Made by a program: the position numbers and the translations under genes
In this document: piece after piece, positions 9,021 through 19,068 of the stretch
How the letters are laid out: each line of letters opens with the position of its first letter
Position numbering within the stretch: position 1 is the first letter of the stretch
NCBI GenBank assembly: GCA_964599375.1
Contig: CAZREW010000002.1
Span: 119,846-183,845 of the forward strand
Length of the DNA: 64,000 bases
Source of the DNA: an uncultured bacterium
Lineage (GTDB): Bacteria > Krumholzibacteriota > Krumholzibacteriia > Krumholzibacteriales > Krumholzibacteriaceae
Direction: 5' to 3'
Notes under the pieces: model-generated
The model's database searches: none
What the model saw: the letters and a program-made list of their open reading frames with translations, nothing else
What the model was told of the DNA's origin: nothing

Positions 9021-11658
9021 GTTCCTCCATCGGTATTGACGCGCGTATCCTCGTCCCGCGGCCCGGGGCGGAGATTATCCTGAACCTGCCCCCCATTCCC
9101 CTGAGCCTTTCTCGCATATTTATTATTCCCAGCCCCTTCCCCCTCGATTCCTCTCCTTCGGGGATAAAGCCCCTGCCGTCATCCTCGACCGCCAGGATAA
9201 GGTCGGGATAACCGCGGATGATCCTTACCATTACATTCTTCGCTCCGGCATGCTTGACCACGTTCGTCAACGCTTCCTGCGCGATCCGGTACATCGTGAG
9301 CGCCTCACTACCCACCAGCTTGCCGTCAAATCCCGTTGTGACAAGTTCGACATTGAGATCGTCGCTCCTGATGAACTTGTCGATATATGAGCTGAGCGCC
9401 GGGCGCAGGCCAAGATCATCCAGCACCGCCGGATGAATCGAGTACGATAGCTCTCGAACGTTCTGTGTTAGCTCTTTCAGCTGCTCTTTGATCTTGGCAA
9501 GAGTCCCCTTGGATTTATTTTCGCAGGATTCGAGCTGAGTTTCAAGAAAAAGAATCTCGCCGTTGATGGCCACTATAGACTGCCCCAGCTCGTCGTGGAG
9601 CTTAAGCGCCATCATGTTCCTCTCCTTCTCGATCAGGTCTATAAGGCTGCCGGCAAGCTCCTTGAGCTTCTTTTCGTAGTATTCACGATCCGCAATAAGC
9701 GCACGGTGCTCGAACTGCAGCCGCACCTGGGTCTGGACTATCTCGAAGAAACGCATCTTCTCCGGCCCGATATGATGGTCCTTCCCGTAGCCGATGAGGA
9801 ATATCGCCGTTTCCCTGTTCCTGATCTTCACCGGGAACGCTATCGTCTGGTACACGCCGTATCCCCTCATCGCCTCTGTCCTTTTCGTCACCTCAACAGC
9901 GTCTTCCTCTATGATCATTGCCCTGTCATCCCTGATTATCCGGGAGGCTGTCTCGCTGAGCATCGGGCTCCTGCCGTAATCCCTTATGAAATCGTCGGAG
10001 AAGTTTTTCGCGGCGGTCATCTCGATCGCGCCGGTGTCGCCGTCGACACTGCAGACCCCCGCGCTCAGCGCCTCGCTGTTGTCGAGGAGCGCCTCTAGGA
10101 CCATGTCCATTATCTCCATGTCCCTCGAGCCCGAATCGAATATCTCCCGGAGCCTGTTCACGACGGACAGCTCCCTGTTCCGCCTGGCCAGCTCCATCTC
10201 GGCAGCCTTCCGGGCATTGATGTCCTTTACCACTATCATGCCCCTCGGATATCCTTCCTCTGACGGGGGAAGGGGTTTGGCCATCGCCTCGACCCAGACA
10301 TCATTGCCCGATTTCGACACTATCCTGAACTCTATCGACTCGACCGAAGTCCGGGCCTTGAATCTCGCAAAGACATTCATGAGATCCGGACGGTCCTCGG
10401 GATGGACAGCGCTTAATCCGCTTAACTTGGCTTCCAGCTCTCCCCTGCTGTACCCCGTGATCTTCTCGAAGGCGCCGGCCATCCACTCCCTGCGAAGCGA
10501 TCCATCGGGAAGAAGCGTGGCGACGAAGGTGTAGTCCGAGGTCATCTCTGATATTGTCCGGTATTTCTGTTCGGATTCGGCGAGCGCTTTCTGGGCGTTC
10601 TCCCTGCGGTTGATCTCCTCGAGCAGCTGCCTGTTGGTTTCCTCCAGCTCGGCCGTTCCCTCCCTTACCAGCTCCTCTAGCCTATCGCGGTGCTTCTTGA
10701 GTTCCTTCTCGGCGCTGACCCTGGATGTGATATCCTCGGTGTGGACCATCACGGTGTCCGGGGGGACGAAGACGTACTTTACCGACAGGTCCCATCTCTC
10801 GTCTATCACGTCGTCTTCGTATTCTCTCTCGTACCCGAATGTCATTTTTTCCGAAAAACATCTCTCGAGATCCTCTAATATCCCTGGCCGGTTCCTGAGG
10901 ACCTCTTCGGCGCTTTTCCCGATTTCGTTCTCTGTAAGCCCCTTCGTCATCTTCTTCGCGGCTTTGTTGTACCCTTCGAATACTATCGCGCCGCCCTTCT
11001 TCCTGAAGGTGAAGGTGGGAATAGGAAGCGCCATGAAAAGGGTCCGTGTGTACTCCTCGCTCTCGCGAAGGGACCTCTCCGCCTCGATACGCACCTTTAC
11101 CTCGGAGGCGAGCGTATCGTTCGCCTCCTCGAGCTCGGCGGTCCTTGCCTTGACGGTCTCCTCGAGCCGGTCGCGGTATTTCTTCAGGTCGCTGCGCGCC
11201 CTGTCGAGCTCTGTCACGTCCCTGAAGATTATAAGGACCAGCGGAGCTCCCTGTTCCGTCAAGCAGTTGACCGATATCTGGAAAATCCTTTCCTCACCCT
11301 CTAACTCTAATGCCTTCCGCACGACATACCTGTAGCCAGGCACTAGATGGGATTTTATCTCCTCTATATGGGGGCGCAGCTCCGGCATATCTATCACTGA
11401 ATCCTTCAGGCCGGTGTAGTCGGCCTCTGGATCGAGGCGATGCAGCAATTTCCAGATCCTGTTGCAGTAAATGAACGTCCCGTCGATATCGAAGAGCCCG
11501 ATCGCGTCGCTGGCGTGGTCGAGCCCGCCGATTATTCTTTCCAGCAGTTCTGACTTGTTCCTGTTCGTTCTCAATGCCCTCTCCGTCTGCCTGGCCTCTC
11601 TGATCTCCCGTGTATCGATGATAACATAAGTCCTGCTCCCAGTGGATGAAAGAGTCAT
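9007..11658 (-). CDS. multi-PAS sensor histidine kinase, HisKA_3 (NarX/UhpB/DesK-type) + HATPase_c
   Basis: 883 aa; several PAS-like segments between coiled-coil stretches; C-terminal LHDELGQSIVAINGEILFL (HisKA_3 H-box) and VEDDGRGF...GKGLGIINMRERL (HATPase). Confidence 0.9.
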   Translation of the reverse strand: MTLSSTGSRTYVIIDTREIREARQTERALRTNRNKSELLERIIGGLDHASDAIGLFDIDGTFIYCNRIWKLLHRLDPEADYTGLKDSVIDMPELRPHIEEIKSHLVPGYRYVVRKALELEGEERIFQISVNCLTEQGAPLVLIIFRDVTELDRARSDLKKYRDRLEETVKARTAELEEANDTLASEVKVRIEAERSLRESEEYTRTLFMALPIPTFTFRKKGGAIVFEGYNKAAKKMTKGLTENEIGKSAEEVLRNRPGILEDLERCFSEKMTFGYEREYEDDVIDERWDLSVKYVFVPPDTVMVHTEDITSRVSAEKELKKHRDRLEELVREGTAELEETNRQLLEEINRRENAQKALAESEQKYRTISEMTSDYTFVATLLPDGSLRREWMAGAFEKITGYSRGELEAKLSGLSAVHPEDRPDLMNVFARFKARTSVESIEFRIVSKSGNDVWVEAMAKPLPPSEEGYPRGMIVVKDINARKAAEMELARRNRELSVVNRLREIFDSGSRDMEIMDMVLEALLDNSEALSAGVCSVDGDTGAIEMTAAKNFSDDFIRDYGRSPMLSETASRIIRDDRAMIIEEDAVEVTKRTEAMRGYGVYQTIAFPVKIRNRETAIFLIGYGKDHHIGPEKMRFFEIVQTQVRLQFEHRALIADREYYEKKLKELAGSLIDLIEKERNMMALKLHDELGQSIVAINGEILFLETQLESCENKSKGTLAKIKEQLKELTQNVRELSYSIHPAVLDDLGLRPALSSYIDKFIRSDDLNVELVTTGFDGKLVGSEALTMYRIAQEALTNVVKHAGAKNVMVRIIRGYPDLILAVEDDGRGFIPEGEESRGKGLGIINMRERLRGMGGRFRIISAPGRGTRIRASIPMEERDEG

Positions 11659-11792
11659 CGTCCCCGCCGAAAAGCCTGATTTTGACTTGACCCTCCGCCC
11701 CCGGTCGTTTACAAGTTAGCTGCCAGATCACAGCGGGCGGGCCCCGCCACCCGCGTCCTCGACAAAAATCAGACAGACCGGAGGCAAATGGG

Positions 11793-12599
11793 ATGCCGCT
11801 AAGCGAAAGAACCATAACAGAAGCTATAATAAAGAGTTATACGGACAAACTTTTCGGTGCGGTGAGTTGCGACGTAGCCGTCGTCGGAGCCGGCCCCGCC
11901 GGCCTCATCGCCGCGGCCGACCTGGCCCGCGGCGGCTGGAAGACGTGCCTCTTTGAGCGGGGGCTCAGCATAGGAGGCGGAATTTGGGGCGGGGGGATGA
12001 TGATGAACGTGATCGTGATACAGGAGGAGGGCAAGGATATCCTCGATGAGTTCGGGATAACGACTGAGCCGTTCAAGAAGGGCTATCACACAGCCGACTC
12101 TGTCGAGGCGGCCTGCTCGCTCGGCGCCCGGGCCTGCAAGAACGGAGCGAGGATCTTCAACCTCGTGAGCGTCGAGGACATCATACTGAAGGATAACGCT
12201 GCGGCCGGGGTAGTGATAAACTGGACCGCCGTCGAGACGGCTGCGCTTCGCGTCGCTCCCCTGTCCGTCGAGTGCAGGTTCATCATCGATGCTACCGGCT
12301 ACGCCGCGGAGGTAGTGCGGGGCATAGAGCGCAAGGCTGACGCGCGCCTTCTTACACCGACCGGAAAGATAGAGGGCGAGCGCCCGCTCTGGGCCGACAG
12401 GGGCGAGCAGAACACCGTCGAGAACACGAAGGAGATCTTCCCCAACGTTTATGTGGCCGGGATCTGCGCGAACACGTCGTTCGGCTCCTTCCGGGTGGGC
12501 CCCATATTCGGCGGAGTGCTTCAGTCCGGCAGGAAAGCGGCCAGGCTCATCTCGGAGAGGCTCAAGGAAGAGAAGGATTCACTGCTGCAGCAGCAGTGA
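11793..12599 (+). CDS. thi4: thiamine thiazole synthase, Thi4 family
   Basis: 268 aa; DVAVVGAGPAGLIAA dinucleotide fold and the Thi4-family pattern GGGIWGGGMMMN...VYVAGICAN. Confidence 0.85.
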   Translation: MPLSERTITEAIIKSYTDKLFGAVSCDVAVVGAGPAGLIAAADLARGGWKTCLFERGLSIGGGIWGGGMMMNVIVIQEEGKDILDEFGITTEPFKKGYHTADSVEAACSLGARACKNGARIFNLVSVEDIILKDNAAAGVVINWTAVETAALRVAPLSVECRFIIDATGYAAEVVRGIERKADARLLTPTGKIEGERPLWADRGEQNTVENTKEIFPNVYVAGICANTSFGSFRVGPIFGGVLQSGRKAARLISERLKEEKDSLLQQQ

Positions 12600-15500
12600 C
12601 GATCTTTTCCCCCTCTGCGAGCAGGCTGGGGCCTGCCTCCAGCGAGATCTCCACATCGGGGCGCACGAAATAGAATACGACCCTGTCAAGCGGCCCGATC
12701 CCAAGGCGGTCCAGGGCCCAGGCGTAAGCGGCGCCCTGCGGCCTGTAGGCTTCCAGGCGGGTATGGACCTCTCCAGGCCCTATGTCATCGGTCTTGAAAT
12801 CCACGATCGTCCACGAGCCTCCCCTCTCGAAGACGAGGTCGAGCCTCCCGTCGAGCATCCCCCACGGCAGGGGGACAGAGGCGGGCGGCTCGACGATGAG
12901 CCTATCCGCCTGGATCGCCCTTCTCAGAAGGTCCGACCCGAGCGCCCGGATGCCGAGGGCGAAAAGCTCCTTCTCGAGCCCGGCCGCTCCACACTCCAGC
13001 GCCGCTTCACGGGCGGCGACCTCGGCGCCCGGTCTCCCGCGCCCTCGAAGCACGAGTTCCATCATCCTGTGAAATGCCGCCCCGAAAAGCATCGCTGACT
13101 CGCGGGCCGGGCCGGCCGGCGCCCCCGCGAGCGGTTCGAATCTCTCCAGAGCGGATGGACTCACGCTCACCGGCCCGGGCCCAGAGCTCTCGAGCAAATC
13201 CCGCCTCGCAGCCGCCCACCTCGCCCTCGCCTTCTGAGCCGCAGCCGTATTCTCCGGGGTGATCTTCGGCATGACGGTGAACGGCCCCTCACCTTTGGGA
13301 AGAGGCGGCAGGTCCCGGAGAAGGACCCGGCCGGTACCGGCGAGGGCATCAACAAGGAGACTGTAGAGCTTGGGCCGCCCGCGCCTTATATCGGGGGCCC
13401 TCGGAACGACGAGCATGTCACCGGCCCTTGTCGCCGCGACATAGAGCATCCTGACGGTCTCGGCCGTATCCATCCTCTCCTCGCGCAGCGACGCGGCAGG
13501 GTAATCGCTCGTCCTGCGGCCCGACACGCTGATCGCCGGCAACCCGGCGCCGCCCGGGATGAACTTGTCGGCCCCCCGCATCGCCTGGACCAGGTTGACC
13601 AGGATAACGACGGGGAACTGGAGCCCCTTCGCCTTGTGGATCGTGATCATCCTGACCGCGTCCTCACTCTCGTCGATAGCCGGCGATTCGCCCTCGGCAG
13701 CGCCGAGGACATCCTGGTCCCTCATCCATCTCGCGTAGTGCCTGAAGGAGAGCACCTTCTCCTCGAAGACCCGGGCCGTCTGGATCGCCTTGCGGAGGTT
13801 CAGGACCCTCTGTTCGCCATGGACCCTCAGCATCGATGTCGAGAGGTACCCCGTCCGTGCGAGCAGTTCGCGCAATGTCGACACGGGTCCCGCGGCGTTC
13901 CGGCCGGCGTGGAGCCTTGAAAGTAAGCTGAAAGCCTCGCGGAAGGGCTCAAACCCCACGCCTTCCGGGACACACGGTTCGAGGTAATCGAGCCTTCCCC
14001 CGGCCCTGCTGTAGAGGAATATCTCCTCGTCGCTGAACCCGAACATCGGGGAGCGCAGGGCCGCGAGCAGGGCCGCCGAATCGAACGGGTCCTCGATGAC
14101 CCAGACGGCGTTGGAGATGTCCCGGACCTCCTGCCTCGTGTAATAGAGCTTGCCCCCCTCGACGAGATAGGGGATGCCCGCTTCCCTCAGCGGGTCCTCG
14201 TAAGAGTCGATGCCGGTCGTGCTCCTGTAGACGAGCGCGATGTCCCCGAACCTGACCGGTCTGCTCATCCTCGTCACCGTATCGAGCACCTCCCTGCCCG
14301 ATCCTACGAGGTCCCATATGAACCTCGCGACGGCCTCTCCCTCCTCGCGGCGGAAGTCGCCCGACCTCGTGGCCTTCGTCTCCAGGTCGAGGCTGTATAC
14401 TGCTGGGCCGTCCCCATCGCGCATCGCGTGAACCGGCTCGTAATCCGGCATGTACCTCCCGTCGTCCGGTCTCCTTATCAGCCCGGCGAAGGCGCCGTTG
14501 ACCCAGTCGATGATCCCGGGGACCGACCTGAAGTTCTGCGTTATCCTCAGAATAGATCCAGCCTCCGCTATCGCTTCCTTCACGAGCTCGTATATCTCGA
14601 CATCCGCCCCGCGGAACCTGTAGATGCTCTGCTTGGGATCACCGACGACGAAGAGCCTGCCCGGCTCCGGATCCACACCGCGGGAGCCGGGCCGGCCGGC
14701 AAGCAGCATTATTATCTCGGCCTGAAGAGGGTCGGTATCCTGGAACTCGTCGACCAGGATGTAGCGGAAGCGCCGGCGCAGGGTCTCCAGGGCGTAACGG
14801 TTCTCGAGGAGCCTTCTGACCCCGATCAGAAGGTCGTCGAAATCGAGCACTCCGCCGCGCCTTTTCCTCATATCGGCGAACTCGATAAAATCATCGCACC
14901 ATTCGGAGAGGGACTCGCGCAGATCGTCCATATAGGCAGCGCAGTACTCCGCGTGAGCCTCGGCTATCTCACCGCACAGGCTCTTCTGCTCACCGCACGA
15001 TTCGGGCGGCGACCAGTTGCCGCGATTCCCTTTCGCCTTCGGCGGCTGGACGGCAAGCATCCGGGAGGCGAGCTGCAGGCCCTCGAGATCCTCGAGGTGC
15101 AGCACCTCTCCTGCGAACGAGACGATCTCGGCGAGCCCTGCGTCCTCCGGTGACACACAGCCGGCGCTGGCAAGTTCGGAGAGCCGCCCCGCTGAAGCCT
15201 CGAGATACGATCTGTGCGCTGAGGAATCGAGAGGCCGGCGTTGAGCCGCCAACCCCGCGGGCGCAGCCACGCCGCCGAAGATGCCGCCTGTCGCGCGGGC
15301 CGCCCTGCCATGGTAATGGAACAGCGTCAGATCCCTCAGCAGATCGATGCAGAACGCGGGCCTGCCGAGCGGCATCAGTTTCCTGATTGCCTGCTCGTGT
15401 TTCCTGTCCGCGAACCCGAGAAACTCGCTGAAGGTCTCGTCCTCGAACATCGAGGCGTCGAACCCGTCTAGCTGCTGAAAATCGGGGTCTATCGCGGCCT

Positions 15501-15870
15501 CGAGCGGAAACTCCCTGAGAATCGCCGCGGCGAACGCATGGATCGTGGAGATCTGCGCCCTTTCGAGATCGTCTCTGGCCTTCTCCAGCCTTGGCCTCTC
15601 ATCCTCCGGTATCTCCTTTCCCGCGAGGAGTCCCTCGATCCTGCCGAAGAGCCTGTCCTTCATCTCCGAGGCGGCCTTCTCGGTAAAGGTTATCGCCGCG
15701 ATGGCAGGGCATTCGGCCCTGCCACCGCGGATGATCGACAGGAACCTCTCGACGAGGATCGTCGTCTTCCCTGTCCCGGCCCCCGCCTCGAGGCAGAAGG
15801 AAGTGTCTAGGTCGGTGACGGCTCGCTGCCTGGCCTCATGATCGACCGGCTTCTTCCCGCCCTTACTCAA
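12562..15870 (-). CDS. addA: ATP-dependent helicase/nuclease subunit A (UvrD-like helicase + C-terminal RecB-family PD-(D/E)XK nuclease)
   Basis: 1102 aa; Walker A EAGAGTGKTTILVERF; UvrD motifs (TFTEKAASEM, VDEFQDTDPLQ, ITIHKAKGLQFP); C-terminal RLDLVFERGGSWTIVDFKTD nuclease motif. Confidence 0.85.
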   Translation of the reverse strand: MSKGGKKPVDHEARQRAVTDLDTSFCLEAGAGTGKTTILVERFLSIIRGGRAECPAIAAITFTEKAASEMKDRLFGRIEGLLAGKEIPEDERPRLEKARDDLERAQISTIHAFAAAILREFPLEAAIDPDFQQLDGFDASMFEDETFSEFLGFADRKHEQAIRKLMPLGRPAFCIDLLRDLTLFHYHGRAARATGGIFGGVAAPAGLAAQRRPLDSSAHRSYLEASAGRLSELASAGCVSPEDAGLAEIVSFAGEVLHLEDLEGLQLASRMLAVQPPKAKGNRGNWSPPESCGEQKSLCGEIAEAHAEYCAAYMDDLRESLSEWCDDFIEFADMRKRRGGVLDFDDLLIGVRRLLENRYALETLRRRFRYILVDEFQDTDPLQAEIIMLLAGRPGSRGVDPEPGRLFVVGDPKQSIYRFRGADVEIYELVKEAIAEAGSILRITQNFRSVPGIIDWVNGAFAGLIRRPDDGRYMPDYEPVHAMRDGDGPAVYSLDLETKATRSGDFRREEGEAVARFIWDLVGSGREVLDTVTRMSRPVRFGDIALVYRSTTGIDSYEDPLREAGIPYLVEGGKLYYTRQEVRDISNAVWVIEDPFDSAALLAALRSPMFGFSDEEIFLYSRAGGRLDYLEPCVPEGVGFEPFREAFSLLSRLHAGRNAAGPVSTLRELLARTGYLSTSMLRVHGEQRVLNLRKAIQTARVFEEKVLSFRHYARWMRDQDVLGAAEGESPAIDESEDAVRMITIHKAKGLQFPVVILVNLVQAMRGADKFIPGGAGLPAISVSGRRTSDYPAASLREERMDTAETVRMLYVAATRAGDMLVVPRAPDIRRGRPKLYSLLVDALAGTGRVLLRDLPPLPKGEGPFTVMPKITPENTAAAQKARARWAAARRDLLESSGPGPVSVSPSALERFEPLAGAPAGPARESAMLFGAAFHRMMELVLRGRGRPGAEVAAREAALECGAAGLEKELFALGIRALGSDLLRRAIQADRLIVEPPASVPLPWGMLDGRLDLVFERGGSWTIVDFKTDDIGPGEVHTRLEAYRPQGAAYAWALDRLGIGPLDRVVFYFVRPDVEISLEAGPSLLAEGEKIVTAAAAVNPSLP

Positions 15871-18800
15871 GGCTGATCCCCCTCATATCAAGATAATCGG
15901 CCGCCCTGGCGTCGCCCGCGGCTTTGACCGCGAACAACCATTCCCTGCCTGTCGGGCACGCCTGCCTCACTCCACAGTAATCGCACCCCGCGGCCCGCGG
16001 GGAGACGAAGAAATATCCCGAGGTTATCCCGTCCACTATCACTCCGAGGACTCGGGCGAACTCCGACCGTCCGGTCTTCCACTCCGCCCCCGAGTAGATC
16101 GCCTTCTTCCTTCCTCCGCCGGTGCCGACACTCCTGAGCATCGCCCTGCCATCCTCTACCGGGATGCCGAGAAGATTCGAGGCCGCCAGGAGGTAGACGG
16201 GAAGCTGAAGTGAGCTGCCTCCCTCGAGGTCCTGGTCCTTCGCGGCGATCCTTCCAGTCTTGTAGTCGATGACCGTGTAGCCTCCGTCCGGGGTGAGATC
16301 GATCCGGTCTATCTTGCCGTAGAAAGAGAGCGTCCTTCCGCCCGCTTCGAAGGTCACCGCCCCGTCCGGCGGATCTCCCCCGAACCACGCCTCGAACATA
16401 GTCGGCACCGACCCGCTGCTTTCGCGCGCCTCGTCCGAGAGAAGCTCCATCACAGATGCGGCGATCGTCTCGCGCTCGTACTCCCAGAGCAGCGGGTGGC
16501 CGACCGGTTCGGCCGACTCGTAGGCGTCGAGTGTCTCGCGCGCCACCCTCCGGGCGGCTTCGAGCGCGGCTGGAAGCGTCGCTTCTGACAGAGGGAATAG
16601 ACGTCCCCGGGACAGCTCGCTGTAGAGCCGCTCGAGGACAAGATGAGTGAGCGTGCCCCGCTGCATCGGATCGATGGTCAGCTCCCTCTCGGGCTCTTCG
16701 ACCGACTCGACCCCGATCAGCTTCTCGGCGAGGAAGGCGAAGGGGCATTCGGCCCATGACTGCAGCGTCGTCGCCGACAGGTTCCACCCATTCCGGGCCA
16801 TCGCGGCGTCGATCTCCGCGAGAGCCATGGGCGATTCGAATACTCCGTCATAAGGTGTGAACCTCCGCGTGCCCCAGCGAGCCCTTATCAGCGAGGTCCC
16901 CATACCGAAGAAGACCGAGGACGGGTAGTGGATGCTCTTTCCCAGCCTCCGGCCCGACATCAGGAAATCGTAATCGTCCTCTCCAAGCGGGACCTCGGTG
17001 CCCTCGGGCCTCCCGCGCATCGGGATGCGCACGGCCTCGGCGGACCGCTCGGACGGCCCGGCCGGGAGACCCGGTACGAACCTCATGTAAGAAGTAGGCA
17101 TGAACTCCCTGTTTCCGCCTGTCTCCAGCCTGGGCCAGCTGCAGTCTAGCCGGCTCGAGGCGGATGAGCAGGCGATCCGGAAGACGAGCGCCGATTCCTC
17201 GATGCGCCCGCCTCTGATCGAAAGGCGCACACTTCCCCGGGAGATCCTCGCTATAGCCTCGCGCTCGGAGTCCTTTATGAACGGGTCCTGTCTAGCCCTG
17301 CCGGGCACTGAGCCCTCCCTTAGCCCCGTCATGAAGACCGTCTCGAAACGCAGTCCCCTCGCCTGCCCGGCCAGGATGACGTTGACGCCATCTCCCCCGA
17401 ACCTGCCCGCGCTCTCTGAACCTCCCGCGAGGGCCGCTGACGCGGTCCTCCTGAATCTTCCCGCGTCGCAATGGGCCGATATATCGTCGAGGGAGGCGAG
17501 GCCCTCGACGGTCCGGACCACGTCCGCTGCGGCATCCGCACCGAAGAGGGCGGAGACGGCCCCGGCGAAAGCCGAAGAGAATCCCCGCCAGCCCTCCGCA
17601 TCCGCGAACTCCTTCCTCGCCTTCTCGATGACTGATATGGCATCGGCGGCGATCTCCAGCATCCGTGACCGCCGCGTCCCTTCCCCGGCTCCCGTTTGCT
17701 CCTCGTGCCGCCTCACCTTCTCGAGCAGCCGGGCGTTCTCGGCGTCCCAGCCCGTTTCCCCTCTCATCCCTTCGCCCGCGCTGAGCCTCACCCAGAGGGC
17801 GAACGGATCCGTGCCCGCTCCCCCGCCGGCTCCGGCTGATACAGGAGAAGAGATGAGGAAATCGACGAGCCCGCTCCTGCCGCCGTCCCCGCAGAGCACC
17901 TCGAGGAGCCTTAAAGCGCCGGTCCGCAGGGGATCGGCCGCCCTGTACGAACTGATGCGGGAGTACCAGGGGATACGGGCCTCCTCGAGCGCCTCGCGCA
18001 GCGGGGGCCAGTCGCCGTTCGACCAGGGAAGTATCGCCGTCTCCCCGAACCCCGGCCCTCCCTGCTCGCGCATCTCGATGATCCGCCGCACGACCTCTCT
18101 CGCCTCCTCGACAGCGTCGGGCGCGCTGAACAGGACTGTCTCAGGAGCGGCGGCGGGACCGTCGTCGATCGGCTCGTGCTCGAATCCCTCCGCCTTCAGC
18201 CGCCCGGCCAGCGGTTCAGCGAACCTGTATGGAGCCTCGTCGCGCCAGGGGACGAAAAGTGCCGAGGGGCCTTCCCGCATGGCGGTCGCCAGGAGCCTGT
18301 ACTGGAGCTCGTTGAGATCGTAGAACCCGTAAGCGTACACGGCGCACCCCGCCAGGGCGGCGGCCGCCGCGGAAGTGGCACGGGAGAAGCGTGAGTGGAT
18401 GTCGCCGCCGCGAGATTCGATGATGTCACGGTACCTCGCGAAGAGTTCGAGAACTCCGAGGGCCCTCTCCGAACTGAGCCCCGGATCGCCGCTCGCGATG
18501 AGCGCCCCGGCCGCGGCCGCGTCGCAGCCTCCCTCCGAGAGATCGGTGAAAGTCGACTGCAGCGCCGTGGAGAAGCCTCCGGTCACTGCCACTTCGGAGA
18601 AACAGCGGGGGACATCGCCCGCGGCGAGCTCATCGAGGATGACCCTCGAGGCGAGCGGCGGCAGAGGGTCCCGCGTTACCGTCCCCGAGCGTTCTTCGAC
18701 AATAGAGACGAGGTCTGGAAATGTGAGGAACCTGACATTGAAGAGCCCGCCGAGCATGACGGAAAGCCTCTTCCTCAGATAGGCGCAGAGGAGGTTCGAG

Positions 18801-18916
18801 CCGGCGACGAATATCGCCTCGGCGGAAGGGTCGTTCCTTTTAAGTTCGCGGAGCTCGCCGGCCGCCGCTTCTTCGAGGCGCCTGAAGTCTCCCGATGTAT
18901 AGAGCGTGCCCTCCAA
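15863..18916 (-). CDS. addB: helicase/nuclease subunit B-like (AddB/RexB-type, C-terminal Fe-S nuclease domain)
   Basis: 1017 aa directly upstream of addA with an 8-nt overlap. C-terminal Cys cluster (WAECPF ... CDYCGVRQAC) typical of the AddB iron-staple nuclease. N-terminus lacks an intact GKT Walker A. Confidence 0.8.
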   Translation of the reverse strand: MEGTLYTSGDFRRLEEAAAGELRELKRNDPSAEAIFVAGSNLLCAYLRKRLSVMLGGLFNVRFLTFPDLVSIVEERSGTVTRDPLPPLASRVILDELAAGDVPRCFSEVAVTGGFSTALQSTFTDLSEGGCDAAAAGALIASGDPGLSSERALGVLELFARYRDIIESRGGDIHSRFSRATSAAAAALAGCAVYAYGFYDLNELQYRLLATAMREGPSALFVPWRDEAPYRFAEPLAGRLKAEGFEHEPIDDGPAAAPETVLFSAPDAVEEAREVVRRIIEMREQGGPGFGETAILPWSNGDWPPLREALEEARIPWYSRISSYRAADPLRTGALRLLEVLCGDGGRSGLVDFLISSPVSAGAGGGAGTDPFALWVRLSAGEGMRGETGWDAENARLLEKVRRHEEQTGAGEGTRRSRMLEIAADAISVIEKARKEFADAEGWRGFSSAFAGAVSALFGADAAADVVRTVEGLASLDDISAHCDAGRFRRTASAALAGGSESAGRFGGDGVNVILAGQARGLRFETVFMTGLREGSVPGRARQDPFIKDSEREAIARISRGSVRLSIRGGRIEESALVFRIACSSASSRLDCSWPRLETGGNREFMPTSYMRFVPGLPAGPSERSAEAVRIPMRGRPEGTEVPLGEDDYDFLMSGRRLGKSIHYPSSVFFGMGTSLIRARWGTRRFTPYDGVFESPMALAEIDAAMARNGWNLSATTLQSWAECPFAFLAEKLIGVESVEEPERELTIDPMQRGTLTHLVLERLYSELSRGRLFPLSEATLPAALEAARRVARETLDAYESAEPVGHPLLWEYERETIAASVMELLSDEARESSGSVPTMFEAWFGGDPPDGAVTFEAGGRTLSFYGKIDRIDLTPDGGYTVIDYKTGRIAAKDQDLEGGSSLQLPVYLLAASNLLGIPVEDGRAMLRSVGTGGGRKKAIYSGAEWKTGRSEFARVLGVIVDGITSGYFFVSPRAAGCDYCGVRQACPTGREWLFAVKAAGDARAADYLDMRGISLE

Positions 18917-19015
18917 ACGTGTCCCTCCTCTTCCGTCCCCTCACGGGACGGGTCCATGAGATTCTAGCAGAAAGAGGCGGCCCTGGTAAGCACGCAACGG
19001 CCTACGATACAGAAA

Positions 19016-19041
19016 GGGCGCGAAGCCTCTGCTCCGCGCCC
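19016..19041 (-). terminator. rho-independent terminator-like hairpin downstream of the C1 protease gene (GGGCGCG-12 nt loop-CGCGCCC then TTTCTGTAT on minus strand)
   Basis: Seen in sequence, 28 nt past the protease stop codon. Confidence 0.5.
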
Positions 19042-19068
19042 TCAGATCGAACGCCTGCCAGATCATGA

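Noticed and set aside
11659-11792. Possible TPP riboswitch upstream of thi4
   Set aside because: A fragment resembling UGAUCUGG occurs only on the opposite strand. The obligatory CUGAGA and GGGGUGC elements are absent in the thi4 leader, so no riboswitch call is made.
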